Of a stretch of 64,000 nucleotides of DNA, positions 11,733 to 22,188 are shown in pieces. The stretch comes from Rhizaria sp. SCN 62-66 (lineage: Eukaryota), in NCBI GenBank assembly GCA_001724265.1, contig MEDY01000033.1, positions 1 through 64,000 of the forward strand, read 5' to 3'. The stretch's first letter is position 1. Each line of letters starts with the position of its first letter. The notes under the pieces are model-generated. The model saw nothing but the letters and a program-made list of their open reading frames with translations. It did not search any database and was not told the origin of the DNA. The position numbers and the translations under genes were made by a program.

Positions 11733-14700
11733 TTATCCCCTGAAGAAGGCATCGAAGTTGATATCAACATCCGTCGCACCAATGCTATCAGGGTCAATGT
11801 CAAGGATGTTGCTGGGATCAACATTCTTGCCACTCTTCTTACCACCCACCACGGTGCCGGGGCGCGACACTGCACTCTTAGGCCTCGCGACAGCAGGTGA
11901 GCGTCCAGCGTTACTGTGGCTGCTGGCGGCGGCGTTGCTTTGACTCACGCCGCTCGACGGCACGGCGGTCGCGAGGCCGTGGCTCGTGGTGCCGACCAGC
12001 GCGCTCGGTGCCGGGCGCGCGGTGCCGCTGCCGAAGCCGACACGGGGCGCCTTGCTGACCGCCATGCCGCTGCTGCTGCTCACGGCCCCGCGCGTAGGCG
12101 ACGGCGAGGACGGGGACTGCGCCGCCGAGTGACCGTGGGCAGTGCGGGGGCGACTGGTGCTGCGGGCACGAGCACTGGCACTAGAGCTAGTTGCGCTGCC
12201 AGTGCTGGTTCGAGCGATGCCTCGATTGCTCGTACTGGAATCCGCACTAGTTGACTCATGCGCCGCCTTGACGCTCGAACCAGCCTTCCCGCTGCCGCTG
12301 ACCTGCGTGTGCGTGACTGGCACTGACGCCAGTCCGCCACGGCCCTCCGGCTCCTGTCCCCTGTCGCGAAACCGCGTCGAGAGGAGCGCCTCGACGTCGT
12401 CGTTTGCCGCGCGGGCGGCCTGCGTGACCGCGGCGGCGGCCGAGGCGCCCGCAGTGGTTACGGGGCCCGGCGTGGCGAAGACGGACATGCTGTTGTACTG
12501 GGAGACGGGCGTCGCGGGCACGGTGGTGCTGGCATGGCTGCTGTTGTGGGCAGATGAGCTGGGAGTGCCGGGGGTCTGGCTCGTGGCGAAAGGGTTCGTG
12601 CGACGCATGAAGCCAGAACTGCTGGGGGTGTTCACATACTGCTGTTGCTGTTGTTGCTGCTGGAAGTGATGTTGCATCTGAGGCTGGGACTGGGAGAGCT
12701 GCGCTTGCTGCTGAGTCTGAAGGTGAGCCTGAGGTTGCACAGGCGGGGGCATCGTGTTCGAGAGATACGATGCTGAGAGCGCTGCCACCGACTGAGCAAC
12801 GGAAGGATGGACGAAGCGGGTGTCGTAACCGGCCAGCTGCAAATGGGGCTGCTGCTGCAACATCATCTGCTGTTTCTGCTGCTGCTGACGCTGCAAGTCC
12901 TGTTCATGTTCGCGCTGCTGTTGTTGCAGCTGCTCTTGCCCCTGCTGCTGTGCCGGCTGCTGCTGATAAAAGCGCTCGCGCTCCTGCTGCTGCAGCTGCT
13001 GGCCGTAGCTCGCGCTCTGCGACGGGGGCTGCGAGGGCGACACGAGCGACGCCGACGTGATCGGGGACAGTGGCAGCGGCGAGCTGTCGCCGCCGAAGAG
13101 CGCAGACCGGAGAACGCGGCCATCCTCTCCCTGACCGTCGCCGCTTTGGTAGCCGTGGGCGCGCGAGCGAGAATGACTGTGAGCAGGCATCGGCGTCGAC
13201 ACCGCATCAGACTGGTCGTAAGCACCAGCCGTGTTATTCTTACCGCTATTAAAAGCAGAGATGTCAGTGCCGTCACGAGGGTCGCTGCCTGCACCAACAG
13301 TCGCTGCTAGCGCCACAATGTCACGCAACTGGCGGCCCGCGGCCTCTGCCACAGCCGCAGCGGCGGGAACCGACGTCAGTGACTTGACCTGGCCCCACGC
13401 CAGCTCGGCCTTTTGTCCGCACATGGCGGCATCAGCCGCGTGACGAGCCTCGGCCGCGGCGAGCTTCTTGCGCGCGATGTACCGCTCGCCCTCTGCGTGC
13501 TGCTTGTGCTCCAGCATCGCAACCTCGAGCGTGGCGAGCTGCTGCTTGTGGCGCTGCTCCATGACCTGCACCTTCTCGCCCAGCGCAGACACGCGCGCGT
13601 ACGAGGGCTCCTCGCGCGCGCGCGCCAGCATCGCGGCCAGCTCGGCGTTGGCCACATGCAGCCGTTTGCTCTCGCCGACCGCTAGCTCCCACTGGCCCGA
13701 CACGCGCTGCAGCTCAGCCTTGGCCTCGCCCTCGCGCGCCGCTGCCAGCGTCGCCGCCGCGGCCGCCTGGCTCTGCGCGGCGTCGAGCTGGTCCTGCAGC
13801 CCGCGCGTGGCAAGCGTCACGGCCTCGCGGGTACGCGCGCCGGCTGCGGCGAGGTCGCGACTGTGCGTCTCTGACAGGGCAGACTTAATGAAGGCGATGT
13901 GGCGTTCGAGCTCGCTGACGCGGACGAACTGGAAATCCTTTTCGTCGTCGTCATCATCATCGTCGGCGTTGTCGCCGCTACTCTTGTTAGCAGCACGTTG
14001 GCGCTTGGCATCGAGACGCTGCGAGCGCAGCACAGCAACATCGGCAGCAGAAAGCACTCCAGACAGCGCAGTAACAGCGCTTGCTTCAGCAGACTCATTG
14101 CCAGCGACTACACCGGCAGCGGCATCAGCTGCAAGGTTGCGAGTGCGGCGGAGGTTGCGCAGCTGCGTGTTGGCCTCATCCAAGCGTGCGTACAGGCGTT
14201 CAACCTCCTTGCGGGACTGCGCAAGCTCGCTCTCAAGCAGGGCGGCGTTTGCAGCGCCGCCGGCAACAGTACCGGGTGACATAAGTCTGTCAGCGTTCGC
14301 GCCACCAGAGGCAGCAGCACTGCTTGCGATGGCAGTGTTGGACAAAGTGGCGCCAGTGCGCTGCGCAAGAGAGTGTAGCTCGGCGTTGAGTGCAGTGATC
14401 GTGTCGCGCTGCTCGAGCAGCTTTGCGGCGTACTTCGAGCGCGCGGCGTCGAGCTGGCCCTCAAGCTGCTTAATCCGGGCCGTGGGCTTAAGCGCGCGCA
14501 TCTCGGCCATCTCCTCCGCATGCGTCGCCGAGAGCTTCTGCAGCTGACGTTCATATGCGACGCGCATCTTCTCGTTCTCTTGCGCCAGAGAGCGCAGTTT
14601 GAGACGGGACTGACGCTCCAGGTCGCCACGCGCGGTCTCAGCGGCAGCGAGCTTATTGGCCAAGTCCGCGACTGCACGGGACTCCTCGGCGCCAGGCTTG

Positions 14701-17700
14701 TTAGCGAGCACGAGCGCTGCGGCAGAGTTGGGATGCTTCTGCTTCACAAGCGACTCGAGCGATTCGACCTGCCGTTCAAGCTCGCGCACACGCCGCTTAT
14801 CGGCTTGCTGCGCGGTCACGTCCGTGCTCGACGTCGCGTGCGCGTGTGCGGCGCCAGCGCGGCGCAGCAATGCGTGCGTCTTGGCGACGTCGGCGCTGGG
14901 GTTAGCGGCAGCGTGGGCAGCGGTCGCAGCGGCGCCAGTCCCCGTGCCGGTGAGTGCGAGGTTCTTCCAGTCGCTCATCTCGTGGCTTAACTTGTCAACC
15001 GTCGCGCGCAGACCCAGTTCGCGGGCCTCATAATCGTCCAGGATCGCCTGGTTCTCAGCGAACCACTGCACCTTGTTCTGCAGCTCAGTCACCATCTCGG
15101 AGTGCTTTGCAGCGAGCTCCAGGTAGCGACGGTGCCACTTGCCGCCGTCGCCCGCATTGTTATTACCGCTAAGCAGTGGGTCGCCGGCGGGGGACTGCAG
15201 TGCAGCGGCGTTGCTCGCCCTAAGCGCGAACGCGGCGGCAGGCAGCGGTGAGCCCATCGCGGCGCCACCGCTGGCGTATGCAGCGGCGTCCTCGGCTCCA
15301 ACCGCGGCGGCGGCACCACGAGCGGCCCGGTCAGCAGCAGTGCCGACAGCAGGCCCCGAGGTGGCTGAGCCAAGCGCGTTACGCGTCTGCGCGAGGTCGG
15401 ACTCAGCGACGGCGAGCGCACGCTTGGCGTTGGCGAGCTCCTCACGAAGAGAGCTGACCTCGACACCCTCGGCAGCGGCGGCGCGCGTGGACGCCTCCTT
15501 GGCGGCAGCGCGCGCGTCGCGGGCTTCGTGGCTCAGCTTGGCATTGGCCCTGTTGAGCGATTCCACGACGGCGTCCAAGTGTGCGATCTCCGCAGCAACC
15601 TTGTTCTCCCAAGACGGCGTTTGGCTGGCGCCGGCAGGCAGTTTGCCGCTCGCGCGGGCAACCTCCCTCAGTGACGGCTGAGCCGCCCCCGTGCGATACT
15701 CGAACAAGCGCGCCTTAGCGGCCTCCAGCTCGGTCTTAAGCGATGTGATGCGGTCCTCGTGTTCCGCGACGGCGATCTTTTCGGTCTTGGTCGAGTCAGT
15801 GCGCGCCTTCTCGAGGGACTTGGCAGTGTCTTTGTGGTGCTCGCGCTCGGACTCGAGCTCGGCCTCGGTTAGATTCAGCCGCGTCTGAAGCGCAGCGACG
15901 TTGCGCATGGCAGTGCGCTGCGAGCGGCGGAGGCGGACGACGAGTGCGGAGAGAGCAACGGGGTTCAGCGCCTTCAAGTCGGCGTCAGGGCCAGAGACTG
16001 CGGCGGTATACGCAGCGATGGCGGCGTCCGCAGCGGTGGAGAGAGACAGCTCATCTTGACTCAAAGTTAAGCCATCGGTGCTGTCGGCGTCGTGATGCTG
16101 GCGCTGGTTCATGTAAGCGGGCTTACGCGGAGGCTGCTGCATCTTGTTCGTGTCAGAGCTTTCGCGAATGTACTCGGCCTGCGTGAACGTCGCGTTCACC
16201 GTGGGGCCAGTGCTTGCTGCAGCCTTAGGCTTCGGCTTCGTCAAAGACGCAGATGCCTTGCTCTCCTTGCTCTCTGTCTCATGCCCTGCAGGAGCCTCAC
16301 TTGCAGTGTTGGTAGTGGTGACGGGCTTCGATGACTCAGCCTCATCGGCAGCAGGTGCAGTCTCAGGGGCAGATGTAGCAGCCGGGGCGTCGGCCACAGA
16401 GTTGCGACCGCTGTCTTCGTTGAATTTCTCACTGTAATCGTCATCGCCAGCACTGGCCAGCACGTTCGCCGACTCTGTCTCAGCCGACTCGGCAGCAGCC
16501 TTGTTCACGCGCCAGGCGTGCGACGGCAACGCCGCCAGCGCAGCAATCGCGGTCGCAGCAGAGCGCACAGCGAGGCCGGTCGGCACTGGCAGCTGCTTCA
16601 GCGGCGGCGCGGCGATGCTAGCGGTTGCGCCACCTGGGGCGGGAGCGGCGAGCAGCGGCGGCAGCAGCAGCGAGGCGGTCAGCGAGGCGAGCGGGTCGCG
16701 GCGGGAGCGACCGGGGGCTAGTGCAGGCGCGCATGCGGCCAGAGAGGTCACAGGGTCGCCAGTTATCGAGGAATCCTTGACTGTGGCGGAGGCCGAAGCA
16801 ATCGCGAGGATGCGACTCGCGGCGGCGATAAACGACGGGAGCGGAACACTCGTGGCAGCGGTTGTGGTCGCCGCAGAAGGGTTGTTGTACTTGGCAAATG
16901 CATCATCATCGTCATCGTCGTTCGCGTTCGGGTTCTCGTGGTCGAGCTCATCCAAGTACCCAACGACAAGGCGCGTCAGCACCTGCCTGTACTCGTTCAT
17001 CACCGCGCCCACAACGACTGCGGACGCAATGCCGCTGCCAGAGCCGCTGCTCACGGTGCCTGCCACAGAGCCTAGGCGCTGCTCCCATCCGGGGGTGACC
17101 GTGAGCAGCGCCCGCAGGCCAGCGCGAGAGGGCAGCAAACCGCCTTCGTGGCCGTGCGCACTCGAATCGGCGCCGGAGCCTGTGCCAGCGCCAGCGCCGG
17201 CAGCAGCGGTAGAGACCGCATCGTGCGTCAACGCAGATGCAGAGAAAGCAGAGGTGACCGTGGTCATCGCAACAGACGCAGATACAAGCGAGCTTGCAGT
17301 CATACTTGCAGCACTGCGCATTGCAGAGGTGAGCGCAGAGCCTGAGCTTGCGATCGCAGCCGCCGCAGTCGTAGACGCGGCAGCAGAGACAAACGGCAAA
17401 CGAGTGAAGTCGACACCCAGAGCATAAAATGCAGACACAAGCAGCAACTGGGCCTCAGTGACACCGTATGTAGTCACGACAGCAGCCCAGTCAACCGAGC
17501 CAGTGCCCGCCGCCTTCGCAAACGCAGTGACGCCGGAGCGTGCAGCAAAGCGACCGAGCGCGACAGCCGAGTCCGCAGCGCCGGACGCGGACGCGCTCGG
17601 GTACATGGTTGCGGCTGAGGGCGCAGCGGTGCGGGACGCGGCCGGTGTGTGGGGGAATAACAGGCCCGCAGCGAAACAACAGTCTGCAACGAAGATGAGC

Positions 17701-20700
17701 GCGGGCGCGGGCAGCGCGGGCGGGGGCGTGTGCGGGTTGGCAGAGCTCGAGAGCGAGGGCCAGGACGAGGGACACAATAGCGAACCGCCGGGCGCGGTGG
17801 CGGCGTGCGCAGTAACGGCGCGCTGCGAAGACGCGACGATGGAGGCTGCAAGCGAGACGACGCGCTGCGAGAAGAGCGACGCAGCCGTGAGCAGAGGAGA
17901 CAAACCGGCGGCGGGCAGGGACGGGGCGGGGGCGGCGACAAGCGCTGCGAAAACATCAATTCGAGCGCTGCTGCCGCGGGCACGAGCGCTGGCGGAGCCG
18001 GGACTGCCGTTGGAGAGCAATGGAAGGTTGAAAGTCTCAGACAGCAACGCCGCAGCAAAGAGTGAGTCAACCAACGATTGCGACAAGTACGTCAACTTGT
18101 GCTTTCCAGCAGAAATGGTGATGCTCAGACCGGCGGCAGTTTGCCACGCGCTTTCGAGTTGGGTGGCAGTGAGCAGCGGAGTGACCGTGAGACCGGGAGC
18201 CCAGGTGCCCGCGGCCACAGCAATGCTACTGCCGGAGCCGTCACCGTCAGTGGGGATGTCAGTGATGACGGCGCCAGTCGGGACGGGGACGGTCACGGAA
18301 GACGTTGCAGCGGCGGCGGCAGCGGCGAGCGCGCGCTCGATAATCGCGGCCCAGAGTGAAGAGGTGGGGGCGCCTGGCGACGGCGGCGCAAGCTCGCGAG
18401 GCAGCTTGTACTTAGCGCCAGAAACACTCCGAACAGCTGTCAGCGCTGCAACAACATCGCCAGCGGCGGTGACACTACCAATAGAGTCAGACGAGGTGCT
18501 GTAGTTGCTGTTGTTAAGAGCAGCGGCCAGCGCAGAAAAGAGAGATGCGGTCGTCACTGCCTCGGTCACACCGAAAAACTCAGTCGTAGTGAAAACGCAC
18601 TTGTCGTTCGCACAGAGTGCAGAGAGTGCCGTGCAAAGCGTTGCCAGTGACGCCGTCTCCTGAGTGCCGAGAGCAGCGGCAAAGGCAGTGTTCGCAATGG
18701 CGTTGTACAGGTCGGCAGGGACAGAGTTAGACAGCAGCAGTGCGGTGACAAACGACGACATGGGGACAGCCATGACGCCCGCGTCCGTCGCCGTTGTCAT
18801 CGCAGCAGCAGTGGCCGCAGCGCTTGTCGCAACGGCAGTGCCGGTCTTAACTGAACACATCTTCGCGTTGGTGGTGACCAGAGCGACGGGCGTCAGCTTC
18901 AACGCAGTGACGAACAGTGCGGTCGCGTCTGCAGTGTTTATTTGCGGGCACACGAGCGCGACGGCGCGCAGGAACCACGGGAAAGACAGTGCGGTGACGG
19001 CGGGGGGCGGTGTGGACGCGGCGAAGCCAGTCGCGGGCGGCGCAGCGGCGGCAGCGTGTGAGGCGACAAGGAGGAAGACTGACTGGAGAACGAGTGTGAC
19101 TGCGCTGTGACCGACAGCCCACGCATTCATGGCAGCGGATACCACGGCGGACGTATTCACGGCGGTAGCAGATGTGCTCAGACTGTTGAGCGAGTCAAGC
19201 ACAGCGCGCTGGACCCCCTTAGACGCAAAAGGTGTGTAAGTGCGGAGCGTAGGGCTCGCGAACGCGGCGGCCACAGTCGACACGGGGACAGTCGCGGCGA
19301 GCGAGAACGCCGACCCGTTCGCGTTCGCAATGCTCGCCAAAGGGTGGCCAGTAAGCGCACTGCTGTTGCTAGCGCTTGACTGCGACTGCGAGCGCGCGAG
19401 AGTAAGTACGAGCCATGTGAGGGCCAGTCCCGCGCACGAGTCGGGCCTCCCGACGCGGCCCATGGCAGTCGCGGCACTGGGTGCAGAGCCAGCGGCGGTG
19501 TGTACAGTCACGGAGTCCACCAGAGCAGGGGAGTTCAAAGTCAAGCCGCTGGCCTTAGCAACCCACCACGCGTGGGCTCCAGAGCTCGCGCTGCTGCTGC
19601 TCACGGACTCCGTCTCAGGGTCGAGTGCGGCGTTGGAAGCAATAGGCACGCGGCGAGGACCTAGTACAGCAGTGGCGGGGACAGCACTGCAACTAGCTGC
19701 GAGAGAGCTGATGTGCGATAAAACGTCGGTCTGAGCAGCGGTCACAGTCGCGTTCGCAGGCGCGGTCACGGCAGCGTTGCTGGAGTCTGTCCAGTGTGCC
19801 GACAGCGCGTTGCTGACGATAGCGCCGTCAAACCACGACGCGGGCGTGTCAGTGTAGCCGGGAAGTGACTGTGCGCATGCGGCTTGAGTTAAAAACGCGA
19901 GCGTGTCCTCGTCGCGGCCGCCCGCGTTCGTAGCCTCGAACGAGCTTGAGTTCGCAGCAGAGACACCGAGCGAAGCATGTAAGCCACGCGCGCGGTCAGC
20001 GGCGGTCACCGCAGTTGCAACTGCTGTTGCCATCACAGCGTCAGCAACAGCAGCGGCTGCGTTGGCCGAGTGAGCGGTGACCGCGGGCGCCTGAACCATC
20101 GCCGAGTCGGCGAAGGTGGCGACACGGGGCGGCAGCACGACGTACTTGGCCAGCTGGTCGCGCGCGGCGGCGGCGCCAGAATCTGCGCCCACAGCCACAC
20201 CGGATGCGCCGAGGCTCGCGGTGAAGGGCTCATCGGTGGCGAGCAGGTAGGAGCGGAGATACGCGGCGGCGACAGTGCCAGTGCTACTAGCGTTGGAGTA
20301 ATCGCTGCGGTACGGTGCGAGAGCGGCCGCAATAGCTGAGGCGTCAGCAGCAGCAACAGTGCCCACACTGGCAGGGTAGCCACTGCTGTAGCTACTGCTA
20401 CCGAACCCCGTCCCAGAGGAACCCTGCGGCGCCGAATGCAAGTGCAGCGACGACGACGCGCCGTGGCCGAGAGGATGGGTGCTGCCCGCCATGTGGCTGT
20501 AGCCGCCGCTGGACAGAGGCCCGGAGGAGACAGTGGGCGTGGAGACGATGGGGGTATCGGGGTACAGAGACGACGGCGGGTAATGACCATGACCGTGGCT
20601 AGGGCCGTGACTAGGGCCTTGGTGAAGACCGAAACCGTGAACGTGACTGGGACCGTGGCTACCGAGACCATGTTGAGAACCGGGACCGCCAGCCATGGAG

Positions 20701-20952
20701 TGACTGTGTGCAGGAGGCATGAACAACGTGTTGTCGACAGCGCCGCTGCCACTGCCACTACTGCTGCCGCCGTAGCCTGCGTTGGCGTTGGAAGTCGCAA
20801 GCTCAGCCAGTGCAATACGGTCGGCCGCAGACTGGTCGACGACAGTGGTGGCGTCAGCCGCGCTCGGTCCGGAGCCGAAACCGGTCCCAGCGGCGGTGTT
20901 GCTGCCGGAGGCGCCGCCGCCGCCGCCGCCGTAGCTGTAGTGACTCACGCTG

Positions 20953-20991
<39 letters not shown>

Positions 20992-21665
20992 ATGGGATTA
21001 GCGTTCTGAGCGTGTGAGCCGATGCTCTGGAAAGGATTCGAGAGCACGCCCAAGCCGGCGTTGTTGTTAGAAGTAGTGGTGCCGCTCGGCGGGGGCTGGA
21101 TCATTGAGATCGACGGCTCAGCGAAAGACGAGCCGCCAGCATAGGTCGCGTTGTTCGCAGCAGCACCAGCACCAACGCCGAACGCAGTGGTGGACGTGTT
21201 AGTGTTATCAATTGTGGAGACAAACGTAGCGTCGCCGTAAATAGACGGCTTGGGCGGCGAGTGATGCATGCGGTGCGGGGGGTGGTTGTTGTTCAGATTG
21301 TTCTCCGTGGTGGAGGAGGACGAGTCCGAGGGGGCCGCGAGCATGCTGCCGTGGCCACTGCTCTCGCCGACCGTGGCGAGCGAGGATGCGGGCGCCGGAC
21401 GCGCAAACGTTGACGCGTAAGACGTAGGCGCACCCGAAGCGGAGCGGAGCCATGCCGGGGCAGAGTCGGAAACGTTCGAGGCCGCTGCTTGCGACGAGGT
21501 TGTATAAGAGGATGAAGAGATGGAAGGGGCGGGGGGCGCAGGCGGGAGCGGGTCATTGCGGTGGAACAAAGCGCGGCGCTCAGGAGAGTCAAGGCCTTCG
21601 TTAAGAAACGCGTTAAAGGCGTCGTCGTCAAACGGCCGCGCCTCACGAGGCGCACGGCGGGACAT
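11733..21665 (-). CDS. CEP162: Centrosomal protein CEP162-like, 3310 aa, no intron evident
   Basis: N-terminal FDDDAFNAFLNE. C-terminal coiled coil with LQNKVQWFAENQAILDD, RRVRELERQVESLESLVKQKHPNSAAALVLA, LRSLAQENEKMRVAYERQL and LGEKVQVMEQRH, matching CEP162 blocks (LQWYAENQELLD, KIQDLERQVKEME..KRRYPNSLPALILA). Stop is TAA. Confidence 0.85.
20956..20990. repeat. (CTG)n microsatellite encoding poly-Ser in the CEP162-like gene
   Basis: About 11 consecutive CTG units, read as AGC codons on the minus strand. Confidence 0.85.
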
Positions 21666-21895
21666 GAGAGACGAAGCAAACGCTGGGAGCGTGAGAGTGA
21701 AGAAGACGGGAGCTACGACTGAAAAGGAGTGAACAAGGAACGATTTATCAGTGATAAGGAAGTGATTATAAATTGGCCCACAACAAAAAGTAGATTATTG
21801 CATACGCACTCAATATAAATGCGACGAACGGAAAGTTCATCCCGTGATTTTAAAAACAAAAGTTGCCATTTTCAAAAACTTGGAACCATCTTGGC

Positions 21896-21908
21896 ATTTT
21901 TCGGAACC
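21896..21908 (+). promoter_or_regulatory. Candidate promoter motif (A)TTTTTCGGAACC, copy 1
   Basis: The exact 12-mer also occurs at 45723-45734 (+) and 51061-51072 (-). All three lie in divergent intergenic regions. Confidence 0.55.
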
Positions 21909-22188
21909 GAGCTTGGCCTACAAAGTCGATTGACGTTGCAGTTTCGGTAACGACCCTGACTTTAGCACATCACAGAGCATTGTATTGTCCGTGTGAGAGG
22001 CTGTACATGTGATATCTAATTTTTTGTGATAGATTACATACTACGTTGTATTTACCAACTTACTGGACTTGTTATACCCCCTGTGCTGCATAGGCGTTTC
22101 ACACTCTCCTTCCACAGCCCCGCACAGCCTGCTTTGGTATCCCACTGGTCACTCGCCCCATATAGTGGCTTGCTGTCTTGCCCCCAAC

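Noticed and set aside
22069-22188. Upstream non-ATG starts from the ORF track (22069, also 50864) and the upstream start at 34207
   Set aside because: This is a eukaryotic locus and the extensions have UTR-like composition. The downstream ATGs (22189, 50765, 34084) coincide with the onset of coding-like sequence.
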